Program-made: the position numbers and the translations under genes
Origin: Bugula neritina
Taxonomy: Eukaryota > Animalia > Bryozoa
Direction of reading: 5' to 3'
Assembly: GCA_964035545.1 (NCBI GenBank)
Contig: OZ037773.1
Span: forward strand, 4,927,751 to 4,991,750
Length of the DNA: 64,000 bases
Shown: positions 26,601 to 64,000 of the stretch, one piece after another
Position numbering within the stretch: the stretch's first letter is position 1
How the letters are laid out: each line of letters starts with the position of its first letter
Notes under the pieces: generated by a model
Seen by the model: the letters and a program-made list of their open reading frames with translations, nothing else
The model's database searches: none
What the model was told of the DNA's origin: nothing

Positions 26601-29600
26601 CAGGAGGTGTTAACTAGTTTAATATAATGAAAACAGTATACACCTATAAAACATTAGCTATTTAGCTGACAGCTTTCAAAGCTTTTTTCTCTAAAAGCTT
26701 GTATAGCTACAATGCTATGATTCAACACATGGTTATACTGTAGTTATTGTAAGAAAATGCCTACTTATTTTGTTTTACTGTTGGGTATCGTAAAAGCCAA
26801 CGTGGTGAACAAAGTTGCTGGTGTAACGTCTTGTAGTAATTTCCATATACTCACCGGTACCGTAACCCACAATCTCAATGGCTCCATCACCTCAAGTTCA
26901 CCGGTTCCGGATGTAACATCAAAGTATGCTGGGGAGGTGAAAGCAATCTCCCAGGTGGAGGTAACATTATCGGGAGATCCATCGGGGAAACCCGATCTCT
27001 GGGATACGAACACATCTGCGGTTATGTCTCTAATCTTCCTCTGTAAAAGATATATAAATGTTCTTTGCTAAGTGATATACATGTGTTTCAAATAATGTAT
27101 TATATTGTTATATATATAATATGATATATGTAATATATAATATAATATAATATATAATATAATATATAATATAATATATAATATAATATATAATATAATA
27201 TATAATATAATATATTATATAATATATAATATAATATAATAATATGATGAAGAATATAATATTCCGAAGAATATAATATTATACAATACATGAATTATAT
27301 TATTAAATTTTTTAAGTGACACACCTTTGGTAGGCATTGGAAAAAAACGAAAACAATGAACAGATGCCTGTTTCAAATCACTTGATAAACCTGTGATGCA
27401 CCTTCTAGTTTAAGAGTATTGAACAGTTTTATAATCTTATGTTATATATAAATTTTTTTTATTTCTCAGGTCAGCAATCTAACTCTTATAGTAAGATAGT
27501 GCAACTTATATTAGCTAAAACCATGCTTTAAAAATACTTTTTTCATAAATAGATGAAACTAACCACTCACAGTTGGATTTACAAAAATATATTCAAATTA
27601 CAAACTTAGAAATTAAAATAGTATTAATTTGATTATATTTTCAAAATATTTTCAACAATTTCATAAAAATATCAGTCAAATAAAATCCAAATACTTGATT
27701 CTTTATGACAAATATTTTGCTTTTTTAAACAACTACTTTAAAATCTTTTAAGACTATGGCCCTTCTTTAAAAAATAAGAGTTTGACATTATGATTTAAAT
27801 GAATACATTATATGTACTGTATTTCTGGATTTAATTAATTAATAAAATAGACCCTGTTATAAAATTTATATTAAAACAAGTTTTTTAAAAGCAAAAAATA
27901 AATTGAAAACTTTTCATAGGCACTATAGAGAGCCAACACATATAAACCAGAAAGTTAGTGATTTATATATTTTATCTGATAAATTTGCTTGACCCTGATT
28001 TAATTTGGTTTATTATTACTGAAGAAAAATATAGCTATAGTGGACAGATTGCTACTCAGTTTGTATTATATGTATCTCCTTATGAGTCACAGGACAGACT
28101 GACCTGTATGAAAGACAACTCCCAAATTATTAGCATTTGTACAGATAAATAGGTAAATTAATAAAAAAATACTACATAGCAACAGTTTTACCTGCCCAGT
28201 ATAAGTCCAGTTCATGCCAGCAGCTTTTGTGCCAAATCCAAAAAATTCCTTCACCGTTTTCATTCGAACATGGTTAGCATCAGTAGTCGAGATAACATCA
28301 AAATTTCCAGACTGGCTGAGTGGTTTAACCGAACAGTTACCCAGCTCCATATCCATAACGTAGGCGACACCTAAACATACAATGCACTTTGTTGTCACAC
28401 TGTCTTAGTATGTAAATTAGTTTGTGAAGGCAACAAGCTTGGTGGCTAAAATTTCCGATTTACTTTTCCTATAAGCACGCACTAGAAACGTATATTCTTG
28501 GATAGAATTCGGAGTTTGAACTTAAATCACTTCTGACTCATTTTTAGGCAAATAAAACCAATGCTGTATAACGTGACTCGTGCCATAAACACTTTAATTC
28601 ACTGCACATTTTTATTAGGTATGCCCAAAATTTTGCATCAATTCTATGCAGTTAGTTTAATAGGTCAGAAAAACTTTCTGGGTTATCACACATCTTGTGA
28701 ATCTTCAATAATTTTTTCAAGCCAAATAAAATTGAAAGTTGGTAACTTTTGAATCAAGATGTTTATGCTTTTCTAAAAATACAGAATCATACTAGAACAT
28801 TAAAAGACAAATGTCTATGATATATTTAAACTTATTCAGAACTGTAATGATAATATTATTAAATAATTTCAATATGCCAGCATTCTTTTACAAAACTTAG
28901 CTTATAACAAAATGTTGTAGCTATAAAACTTCAAGTTCGAAAATGAAATGTTTTAGTGGCTTCATAATTTTAGCTAATTTTAACTAACTCAGTTATACCT
29001 AAACAAAAACTGGAAGACTACCCACTAAGCGGTTTCATGCAAAGCCTGCAATGAGATGTTATCTGGATGGCCAATCACAAGATGATGACAAACAACATGA
29101 TATCGCCCAATCAGGTAATATTTACCAATCATGTGATAGTAATATTGACCAATCACAGAACTTCGAGATTACCTGTCAGAAAGTCATGGACTTCACTGAT
29201 TGGTCGCTGAGCACCTGGTGTGTTATAGCCTAAGAGTGTTCCTTTTGGTGTGTAAATGTAATTAGAGAGGTTGAGGGTAGAGTCGTAGTATTCCTGAAAT
29301 AATAAGACAAATTTTGATAGTTTCTTATTAAGTCACAGAGATAAACAAATCTAAATACGCATGGAAAAGCTTTATGTTATACTGGCATTTATTTATAATC
29401 TATCTTCAATTAAACGCTCTGACAATAGCATGGTTCCTTCAATGCAAAACTCTAACATATTGTGTGAGAATGCACGCCAATTATGTAACTGTAGCAAGGA
29501 CCCTAAGGCTAAAGTGTAAAATAGTTTTAGCTTATGACGGTAAGCTGCAATCTGCTCTATCTTTATATCTGAAATAATAAAAGCGCTTTCAATGTGAATC

Positions 29601-32600
29601 AATGACTGCTTTGATGCCAATTGCTTTATAGCTGATGGCTGCTAAACAAAATGATGGACTAAGATATTGATCAAAATAATAGTATAGTGTGTACATTGCA
29701 AATGCAAATGAGGGTAAAAAAGAGAAGACAACTCGGTAACAGCTTAAAAATTATTTTGTATAATAATGAGCTCCGTCAATAATATCGTTAATTAATTGTT
29801 TGTTTTTACTTATAATTGTTTAATTAAAGCTCAGCAAATGCTTGTAAACACGCTCAGCTAAAACCCACTATAAAAACTGCTATAGCATACTTTAGAATGA
29901 GTCATTGCTAGACGGAATAAATATCTAAAAGACTCCAGGTTTTCAAGACACTAAGCAAACTTCCAAAAACCTAAAATACCTTAATAGTAGTAAACAGTCC
30001 AGTGTCTTTCGCCACTTGTTGGATGAACTCAGCTTCAAAAGAGAAGTAGCCATTTGCAGCTAATGGTGGAATATCGTGGGGCTGAGATTGTCCAATATCA
30101 AAGTTCTTCAGGTGTGGACACGCAGTGCCAGCTGGAATCTGAAAAAGCACTCGGCTTTGATACTTTTTAATAAATTATTCATATTGAACTACTAATTTGT
30201 AATTTTGAATGTTAGAGCTACATCGCAATTAATATTTTTCCTCAGAACTAAAATTAAATATCTGATGTCATAACAAACTACAATAAATATCAAACATAAA
30301 TAAGAATATTGATATGATCCTAGCCTATATTGCTGTTGATTAGCTACATGATATTTGCATGCATTATGGTTAGGACTATATATAACTTATACTATGGTTA
30401 TCATGAATGTATATTATATAGTAGTTGTGTATGTGTGTGATTGCTTATTTGCAATATAAATTATAGGTATAACCATCGTATAAGTGATATATGTGTAGCC
30501 ATCTGCTGTATTTATTTCAAACTAAAACGAACTATAGGCTAGAAAGTCATATTCATATACCGAAAAAAAACAGATCTCAATTATAGTAATGATTAACTTT
30601 AAAAACATAATAATTATACTGTATATGCACACAGTTTACACTTACTTGGAAATATGTTGCCTCTTTTGTACTTATTGATGGTTTGAAACTATTAAAGGTG
30701 TAGGTGTGATCAATATCTCGAATATCTCCGAGTCGACCTTTAACCTTCAACATTACTGGTGTGGGATTGTTTGCTCCTGCAGCCGGTGTCCAATCATCTG
30801 AATCTGAAGATAATGTAGAATGTGTGCAGTGCAGTACAGTTCAGTTCAGTGCAGTGCAGTGCAGTGCAGTGCAGTGCAGTGCAGTGCAGTGCAGTGCAGT
30901 GCAGTCCAGTGCAGTGTAGTGCAGTCCAGTGCAGTGCAGTGCAGTGCAGTGCAGTGCAGTGCAGTCCAGTGCAGTGCAGTCCAGTGCAGTGCAGTGCAGT
31001 CCAGTGCAGCATAGTATAGTATATATTGCAGTATAGTATAGTATATATTGCAGTATAGTATATGATGTAGTGTAGTATAAGATGTAGTGTAGAATAAGTT
31101 AGTCACTAGTGTAGTGTAGACTATAGTATAATTTTGTTTTATAACTTTTTAAATGCGTATATTTGAAAAGTTATAAAACGCCTGAGACTTATTAAAAAAG
31201 TAAAACCGTGTATATTATTTTATTATTTTAGAGTAGGTACCTGTGAAATACCATTCAGCCGTGACTGTGGCATCTAAGGCTGGGATATAGTGACAGTCCC
31301 ACCATTTCTCTACTTTGATTCCAAAGTCCAATTCTTCTTTTCCCTAAAGTAAAACAAAAGATATCAACCTATTTCTATTGATTGCACATTACATGCATCA
31401 TTTGTTATGATCTTTCAAAATATGCTATCAATATCATTACAAATGTCGATTATATGATTTGCAAAATATTAAAATTTGAATTATAATTGTGTGTCAATTG
31501 TCGTGATTGCAATTCAATGAAAACTAGTTTTGTGAAATCAATTATTTTTCAAATTAAAATCATGTTTTAAAAACTCTTGAGTGAGACCGATGGCTAGACT
31601 ATGTATAGTAGATATAATATATGAATATCCTTGAATTACCTTATAGACTGGTGGACAGACTATGTATAATAGATATAATATATGAATATTCCTATATTAC
31701 CTTATAGACTGATGGACAGATTATGTATAATAGATATAATATATAAATATTCCTGAATTACCTTATGGACTGGTGGATAGACTATGTATAGTAGATATAA
31801 TATATGAATGTCCCTGAATTACCTTATAGACTGGTGGCAGACTACGTATAATAGATATAATATATGAATATCCCTGAATTACCTTATAGACTGGTAGATA
31901 GACTACGTATAATAGATATATTATATGATTATTTTTGAATTACCTTATAGACTGGTAGATAGACTACGTATAATAGATATAACACATGAATATCTCTGAA
32001 TTACCTTATAGACTGGTGGATAGACTATGTATAATAAATATAATATATGAATATCCCTGAATTACCTTATAGACTGGTGGATAGGCTGGATTTATTAGAA
32101 AAGCAGACTTGGATGTGAAACCACTCTGTGAGTTGACGTCATCTCCAAATACAAAAGTGTCAACTCCTCTGCCATCCAGCTGGGAGGCGTTGCAGTAAAA
32201 TGTGTCTGTTTAACAGAAATGTTGCAGTAAAATGTGTCTGTTTAACAGAAATGTTGCAGTAATATGTGTCTGTTTAACAGAAATGTTGCAGTAATATGTG
32301 TCTGTTTAACAGAAATGTTGCAGTAAAATGTGTCTGTTTAACAGAAATGTTGCAGTAATATGTGTCTGTTGAACAGAAATGTTGCAGCAATATGTGTCTG
32401 TTTAATAGAAATTATTCAACTTTTACTCAAAAGTTTACTGTAACATATAAACAGAATAATGAGATATAAATAGAAGTACACTGAAGTAATACTTATATAG
32501 ACATGCTATACTACATCTTTGCTAAGCATTTGAATCTCTTCCTAAATGATTTACTCATTTATCAAACTTCTAATTTTGACAGTGTTTAGAGTATTTTAAA

Positions 32601-34522
32601 ACAAGTATATTTTAAAATGTAAAACACAATTTTCTAATAGTTAAATCAATCTGCAAACTTTAAACTTATGACAATTGCAATTGCATAACTAATATAACAT
32701 TCTAATACCCTGCACTGTGTATTAGAATACTCTGTTCAACTATACTAACTATATAGATGTTATATATATGTATAAATCTTATTTTAATACTCCAGAAATA
32801 AAGATTGAAAGCCATCATACCATCAGGTAAGTTTATGATCTCAACGATTTGATTACTGTAGAAGTTGTAGATGTCCCAACCAATCAGACTGATGTTTTTA
32901 TATTTCCCCGCAGCCTCTCTTTCGCCTACAATCGCTCGGTTTCTGGCTGTAAAGTTTTCAAAAAGCGAATTCAGCTTTTAAAACGAGTAAGCAGTTTTGT
33001 ATAAAATCATTTACAATATAAGACACATTTTGTAAACAAAAATAATGTAAAAATTGTTAGAACTAAAATTTCATACTTGAATATCTGGCGCAAGTTGTTT
33101 AGAAAGACACAGTATAAACTAACATTAAATAATTTTTTTAATTGAAGTCAATAGTTTGTAAATATAAGAGATGTTATCCAGCAGCATGCATGGGATTTAT
33201 AAGTTGTACTAGCACTACCATGTGTATGCTATAACTAGGTACCATATAGACTAACACCACCATATGCACCAGCTAGTTAGTATGACTGTCCAGTTGTATT
33301 AGCACCATAATATGTATACCAACAAGTTGCACTAGTACTATCTTGTATACTGCTGTCAAATAAATTTTTAGCTAGCTTTGAATTTGATTTTCAATTTTTA
33401 GCGATTTGTAATTATGACCTCTTGCAACCAAGACAGTATATTTCTACTTACGTGAGTCAAACATCTCAAAGAGAGATCTAGTAGTCTTATTCTGAGCCAC
33501 GTACATCTGTATTTCTACTACGTAAACATCAGGTACTGAAGGGAAGTCTTTAGATATAGGATCTGTAACAGATATTTAGAAATACATGAATAACAAATAT
33601 TTTACATAATTCATGTTTCATTGAGTTGAAAACATCCAGTTTCAAGACAACGCTGGCTTGTAATTAAAAGGCAAAAGGCAAACTATACATTAACGATTCT
33701 TATTATATAAAGCCCGGCAAATGCAACTAAGTCTAGTAGGTAATTATGCATAAAGTTGCAAGTAAGTTATAGTAAGTACATGTCACAATAATATTTAGGA
33801 TGAATAAGCTAAGCTGTCTATTTTGAGTGTATGGGATTTCTATAACCTATATAGTGAACAAAATATTTTATATTATCACTTATTGGCTATAAGCTGGTGG
33901 TTACACAGGTGAATCACTTGCTCACTATATACTGTAGCTTTATTAGCCTTTGATTTGTTTTTTTAAAAATGCACACATTTAATATAATCAAAAGTTAAAA
34001 TTATACATTTGCTTAAAATTTCAAGAGTTGTCCGCTCTCTAGATATAAAACCACATTAGCTATAATAATCAAATATTTGAAACAAAGCTTCAGGTCATCC
34101 TGAAATATCAAAAACAAGAGCCAATCTACATAAATTACGAACTCTGTATGACGATTCAAATTTTTATATTCTTCCACCAGACACGCAGGTTATATCTTGA
34201 AATAGTAAAAGTGTGTCAAAAATTTAAATAGTAAATTGTGAAATTTAGAGGTCCAAAAATAGCCTAACTAGACTAATTAATATCTTAGCTAGAGTTTACT
34301 CATGCATTCTGCAAATTAAAAAGTTGTTCAAACATGAGCAGGAATGACAACTCCTAATACTACATGATGAAATCATGGTGTTTACTATATCTTGCAAAGA
34401 AGAACAAAGTGTTCACCTGGTTTTTCTTGGCCGGGTTCACAAACGTTTTTATTGATTCCTGCAGCCAAAATGTCTGAAACCAGACAGGCGCCAACAACCA
34501 AAAGCAGAATTTGGCATTTCAT
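23694..34522 (-). CDS. Gene A: type-I membrane glycoprotein with one ependymin/LolA-like module, ~704 aa
   Basis: 14 coding exons: 34417-34522 (signal peptide MKCQILLLVVGACLVSDILA), 33452-33562, 32821-32946, 32066-32205, 31241-31343, 30646-30803, 29980-30138, 29173-29293, 28192-28370, 26855-27040, 25824-26060, 25462-25656, 24767-24911 (Thr-rich stalk) and 23694-23842 (TM AAAGIAIAFLVAGIGLGVLIIFII plus short tail). All introns are GT-AG and lengths sum to 2115 nt, in frame. The fold assignment is inferred from motifs (EYYD, HDFLTGVAYVMD..GNC, IRDITADVF). Confidence 0.88.
27105..27245. repeat. (TATAA/ATATA)n AT microsatellite in an intron
   Basis: Visible AT-only tandem tract. Confidence 0.9.
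30826..31010. repeat. (CAGTG)n pentanucleotide microsatellite in an intron
   Basis: GCAGT/CCAGT units, about 20 nt from the acceptor at 30804. Confidence 0.97.
31585..32083. repeat. 61-bp minisatellite containing the exon end and splice donor (gene A)
   Basis: Unit agactggtggatagactatgtataatagatataatatatgaatatccctgaattaccttat. Eight copies of ttaccttat (minus strand ATAAG|GTAA), at a period of ~61. Confidence 0.95.
32189..32412. repeat. 32-bp minisatellite containing the splice acceptor and exon start (gene A)
   Basis: Unit gttgcagtaaaatgtgtctgtttaacagaaat, 7 copies (minus strand AAACAG|ACACAT). Confidence 0.95.
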
Positions 34523-35059
34523 GATTGAAGATCCACACACTAATCACCCTGTAAAAGTTTGCAAACACAACATTAGCTTGAGGCTTGTATGTAATTGAAA
34601 AGAATATTGTAGAAGTTTTACTTCGTTTATATGGCATAACCAATATTGAATAATCAGAAAAAAAGATTTGCAAAGCAAAACAAATACAAATAAAACTCAG
34701 CTATACGGACTATAATTACTAAAATATTAAAACATTATTTTGAGAGGAATGAAAGTAATATAGCTTGTGGAAAAAAGCAAATAATTAATAATTTGCTAAA
34801 AAACATGTAACAAATTTATTTGATTATTTGCAGAAATAAATTTGCTAGATACAAAATTATGCAATTTTGTTTCTGCACAGCAATAATCTTAGACAGGTAG
34901 GAGAAGAGAATAAACTTACCGAACACCTGTGTCAATTGATCTTCCACCAACCTAAGTAACTCTCGCTCTGGCCCTAGAGTGATACCGACCAGTGAAAACG
35001 CCCACTAGAGATAACGATATCAAAGAGTAAACAGCTGAGATTGTACAACTCAGACCAAA

Positions 35060-35105
35060 TCAAACTGAGGTAGGTTAATCAACCCCCCAAAAAGAGTTTA
35101 TAGTA
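35060..35105 (-). promoter_or_regulatory. Candidate TATA box + initiator for gene A
   Basis: Minus-strand TATAAA at 35102-35097 and TCAGTT at 35068-35063. A donor CG|GTAAGT at ~34919 would close a non-coding first exon. Motif-level evidence only. Confidence 0.35.
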
Positions 35106-36559
35106 GCCTTAGTTATTCTTGGGCTATGATAAAATAAACTGAATCATGTACAATGTGCCACATGAAGATAAAATAGTTGCATGAGGTGATTTACTTCTTA
35201 AAAATATACATATTGTGTAAAGTTTACGACAATACTTAAATCTCACATGGTTTTGTTTACAAGATTCAGGAAAATTGCTATTTTTGGTAAAATTAGTTAA
35301 AGAGTAGCTGAAACAATTGCATTCCATTACATAACTAAGCATTTATAATTACATAACCAATAGTTTGGTTACATAAGCAACAATTAAATAAATAGTGATC
35401 AGTGGTGCAACATTAACAAAAAATATTATTTAAAATGCCATTTTTTGAATACTTTTCAAGCTATCCACCTAATATTAATCCAACAGATAAATTCAAAAAA
35501 GTATTAGATATACTAATGTTGACGCTAAAATAAGTTATTATTATGTCAAAATAATAACTGATAGATTTTTTTATATTTTCCAACATAAAACAAAACAAGG
35601 CAACAATTTTATGTTGAAATTCAAGTGAATAACTGAGGAATGGTACTGCACTGTATCAGTTGCCAGTTAGATTAGCTTAGTGCCAGCTAACGCTAGGTAT
35701 GCCTCTATCACACGATTGATACTATCAGGAGAATGTTCATGAGTCTTGGAGGAAGGGGTGAAGTGTTTACATAGTCTGATATAGTCAAGATATTAGATAA
35801 CATGGAGTGAAATCAGATAGCTTACGACAACAAGGAGCAAACACCCAGAGCCGTGAAGTTGTAAAAGCTCAATAGTAGCTTTCAATGGTACAGGCTACCC
35901 TTGATGTACGTAAAGCTATGTGCTGTAAGGTCTGTAACATAATATTTGTATAACTTTTGTTTTCAAACCAGCTACAGGTACAACACAGCAAAATTGCAGC
36001 TGTTCTATAGCACTTTGGAAGTGAAATAAAAACCAGACAGCTTTAAATAATAAACAGATAGTCTTTATATTTTACATTTTCTATAAAACCATCCAAAATT
36101 AGATCAGGCAACAAAGAGAAACTACTTTCATTTCAGATAAAGTTTATTGCTTTGCTAGAGCAATAAAGCCAGACTAGTAATTAGTTAAACTAATGGTGAA
36201 TGATCACACAACCAGAAAAAAACTAAACTGGGCTGAAAATCTGAACAAAGACATTAATAATGCAGGTTACATCATCACCATATTATATTCTAAAATTCTG
36301 AAGAATTGTTCTAACAGAGGATTGTTTACCGTGCAAGAACATGGTTGCTGTGTAGGTAGGTGGCCAGCTTAATGGAACTACAGCATTGTGTTGGAAAGAC
36401 TTTAGTTTTTCAAAATAATGAGAGTGAAATCAGCTGCATTCACAGGAAAACTAGTATATGGAACAAACTCGAGCAATGATTAGTTTTCGTTTGTGGACAA
36501 AAATGGCAGTGCGAATGGCATGTATTTCTACCACTCAGTTATATACATATAAACACACA

Positions 36560-36581
36560 TAATTATATATATATATTTATA

Positions 36582-36650
<69 letters not shown>

Positions 36651-36715
36651 CTAATGTTTACGCTCTAGATTTATTTCTATAGAGCACTCTAGTAACGTTT
36701 TATAAACACTCATTT

Positions 36716-36775
<60 letters not shown>

Positions 36776-36810
36776 ATATTTATAATTATATATATATTTA
36801 TATATTGTAT
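36560..36810. repeat. Two (TA)n microsatellite tracts
   Basis: TA runs at ~36565-36645 and ~36718-36805. Confidence 0.95.
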
Positions 36811-37216
36811 AGATTTTTTATATCCTTTATAGTTTATAGTTTATAGTTTATTAGCTTATTGGTATTTTCATTTAATGCTTTGCTTATAAAGATTTGAAGA
36901 CTGGAAGGCAAACAGGATCAGTTTTAGTATAATATTGATAAAATAGTACAGTGCTGCAGAAAATATTCCAGATGTTTCCATTTTGTGTGATGTATTTTAT
37001 ATGCTTACATGTACTAGTAAATAGAGGTTAAAGACGACAAGTTCAAGAATTATATTATGCCATGCATAAAATATTTTAAAACGAAAAAAAACAATAATTA
37101 AAAGACATAACATATAGCTCCTTGCACCATTTATAATAAAAGTACATAATTTTTAGAATAAGTATATATATGCTTATAATATATGAGTAGTAGAAATATT
37201 AGAACAATATAATTGA

Positions 37217-61333
<24,117 letters not shown>

Positions 61334-61484
61334 ACTGGATCAGTAGGTCATCCTGTAGAAGTTATCGACAAACCAGTTAAGACTAAAGTTGTGCAATAAA
61401 CACAACTTTAACTGATCAACAACCTCACAACATTAGTCCTTGTTTGGTGATTACATTGTGGGCTTAGTAAACAAGAGGTAATTA

Positions 61485-61610
61485 GTGATTCAAGTTTAAA
61501 CTAGTGATGTTAGAAAGAGCATCCAGTTATAATTACTCCTGTGTCACATATGAAAGGAGCCCACTTTTAAAAGCCCTTTCCATCAGTGGTTCTTACAGGG
61601 ATAGCAACTA
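61485..61610 (+). mobile_element. SINE copy, 5'-decayed
   Basis: gtgatgttagaaagagcatccagttataattactcctgtg...ccctttccatc.gtggttcttacagggatagcaacta matches the 3' part of the 43461 element. Confidence 0.7.
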
Positions 61611-63002
61611 CACACCAACAGTCCTTATTGGGTAACCACAGATATGGCACACCAACCATTCACATATTAGCTACAAACTTACAACAAAACAGCTCTCTTC
61701 ATTCATAGCTCAATGTAAAACTACTTGACAATAAACAAAAAACTTGAATAGTTCAAAAAATAGATACTACATACTTAAAAGTTCCATGATCATGCTCAAA
61801 CCTACCTCATAAGTTGTACTAAATGATAATGGTAAAAGCTACGTGACTCTTATCTTCAACTGATACAGAGAGATACAAAGGAAACGGAACGCCTACCAAA
61901 GATAGTATCGCCTACCAAAGATAGTATAGAAAAGCAAACAATCTTAGAAAGTAACCATTTACGAACTGCTATAGGAAATATAGAATTTCTTAGGATTTGT
62001 TGAAATTTTTAATAGGCTTTGGTCTCTTTTTAGTAAAGACATTTCAACAGTTGCTGATAGCCTCTCAAAGAGAAGGTTGACAAAATTTAATGAAAGAATT
62101 ACTACTATCAAACACTGACAGCTAGAGTATGCACTACGTAGTCAGACAGCTTTCAGCTGAACGTTATAAATCACGGCTAACTCCAAGATAGTCACACATA
62201 TGCATGCTTTCAACTTGTCCCCAACCTAATGTCTCGCATCTGTCAGCTTGCTGCAAATTATTAACAAAAATCTAAAATGTGCCGACGCATATCTTCATGC
62301 ATGTGAAAAAATTAACCTACAAGTTAATGTTTCACATCCATAGGAAGCTAAAGGTATGGCTTGTAGTGACTAAGCAAAAGAAAAATAGGTTTTCTATAAA
62401 AAATACTTAGGCTAATTCCGATTTATAACAAAAATCATGAAAAAGGTTTGAAATAAAATAATTTAGAGGTCAACAATTCTTTAAGGATAAATGCAGAAGA
62501 TTGCATCATAGAGAGTAGACATGCATGTAGATGATTAAATGTTAGACATGAGAGATAAAGACTAAACCAATGACTAGAATTCGAAGAAATATACCCATGA
62601 CTTAGAAATCAAACGTAAAGTATTTAGAAGATATGATGCAATTTCACAACATCATACTTGAACAAATGTTAATATCGTGTAAAGGAAAGGGTGCATATTA
62701 CAACTTATACAAATCTTCTATCTCAAAAATCAGTATTTTAACAAAATAAAGGAATGCATTTGTTAAATAAATTTATTTTGGTACTCATTAAAATTTTAAA
62801 AAAATGTTAGATAACAATTTGAATAACAAAAAACATATAATCACATGCATTGGCCTAAGATCAATTTAAATAGTGGAAAAAATTTAAAAACTGGAAAGTA
62901 TTGCAAAATGAGTGGCTTGTAGTCTGAGTAACACACCAACGCAGGTAGTCAGGTGAGACCGGACCTACCTGCGTACCTGCGCGGTGAACTACTGTCATAT
63001 TA

Positions 63003-64000
63003 CTAGAGCATTTTCCGTATCATATAGTTTAGGATTCCGCCATTCCGGAAATATTCTAATTCTACTTCTGTGTCAAACCTGGCCAGCACTTGGAACTCCT
63101 TGCCAGAGTTTACCTGCAGAAGAAATATTCCACACCAAAATAAAGGAGGAGTTGTAGAGAAAACAATACACTGTGGATCTATAAAAAATATTTAAGTAAA
63201 TCTGAAAATTGCATTTAAACTTAAAAATATGTTTATATATTTAAGGCAGCAGCGTATGGGTACATAAAGATGGCAGCATTGAGTATATAACTTATCATGT
63301 TACTTTAAAATATAATATTACAACTATTAATTCCCATTATTTCAGAAATGTAATAATATAGGTTACGTAATACACCAGCACATTTAGTTTGTGGCTCATC
63401 TTAAATCAGAAGTTGTGAGATCGCAGGACAGGAATGAAACTAGGTGTTATTTCTCTTGAGTGTTAGCAGACAACACAAATTAGTTCGCGCAGCCATCTCT
63501 GTACTAGAACTATAATTAGCTCAGATCTTATTAGGATATTACCTTGACAGTGACCAGCTGACCAGTGGTCAAGTCTTTAGGAATGTGAATGGAGAACTGC
63601 TCTTTACCAGTTAGCCCGAGTGACTCTGCCGTGTCACCTGACTGATACTGGAGAGGGATAAGGCCCATCCCCACCAAGTTACCTGTGCAAAAGTAAAGAT
63701 TAGAGGCTATATAATCTCAGTTGTTCAATGTTGAAATTGTGAGCTATGCAAATTGTATTCTGACTAGGAATGCTATAATGAAAGCCGCTAATAAAATTAA
63801 TTCCGAGATAGGATAATTTGCAGTATTGCAGAGCATAAATCACATTATGCAATACTTTCAATGTGAAACAGCAAAAAGCGTTACATGTAACTGCATGAAT
63901 AAAAATCTCAGACTGAGAAAACTGTCAACTGTAAAACATTGACAGCTTGCAGCTCTACTTACTTCTGTGGATTCTCTCGTAACTCTCAGCAATAACAGCT
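63003..64000 (-). CDS. ACO1: Cytoplasmic aconitate hydratase / iron regulatory protein 1, 3' end (5'-partial)
   Basis: Exons 63963->64000 ([13 protein letters not shown]), 63543-63682 ([26 protein letters not shown]) and 63003-63113 ([26 protein letters not shown]). This is the diagnostic IRP1/AcnA C-terminus and is missed by the ORF track. Confidence 0.95.

Noticed and set aside
30794-31106. (CAGTG)n tract as an array of iron-responsive elements, or as Cys/His-rich ORFs
   Set aside because: It is a simple intronic microsatellite, antisense to the host gene, with no IRE stem or C-bulge. Sharing a window with ACO1 is coincidental.
31585-32412. Regularly spaced repeats resembling a CRISPR array
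   Set aside because: Units are head-to-tail with no unique spacers, there are no cas genes, and the context is a eukaryotic intron.
61890-61928. 19-bp direct duplication cgcctaccaaagatagtat
   Set aside because: A simple local tandem duplication with nothing inserted between the copies, so not a TSD.

Overview
AT-rich, intron-containing animal genomic DNA, probably a lophotrochozoan invertebrate (inference). It is not prokaryotic, and most six-frame ORFs are exon fragments or microsatellite artefacts. In order: (1) two tandem + strand C-type lectin genes, one partial with an EPN motif and one complete PAN/apple + CTL gene with a QPD motif; (2) a small RhoGAP gene; (3) a single-coding-exon rhodopsin-like GPCR; (4) a decayed duplicate of the CTL-RhoGAP block from which almost all RhoGAP coding sequence has been deleted; (5) a non-autonomous hAT-type element with TIRs and an 8-bp TSD; (6) a claudin/PMP22-like gene with a Harbinger-type MITE; (7) two paralogous - strand type-I membrane protein genes built from a 12-exon, ~620-aa module with ependymin/LolA-like motifs. 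Gene A has 1 module (14 coding exons, ~704 aa) and gene B has 3 modules (38 coding exons, ~1925 aa); (8) the 3' end of cytosolic aconitase/IRP1. The most unusual signals are in the module genes. The linker exons look like fusions of a stalk exon with the next gene's signal-peptide exon. One exon has both splice sites amplified into minisatellites. That exon and other patches, including intron sequence, are homogenised between modules in a patchwork consistent with gene conversion. All exon boundaries were read by eye and may be off by a few bases. No database searches were run.
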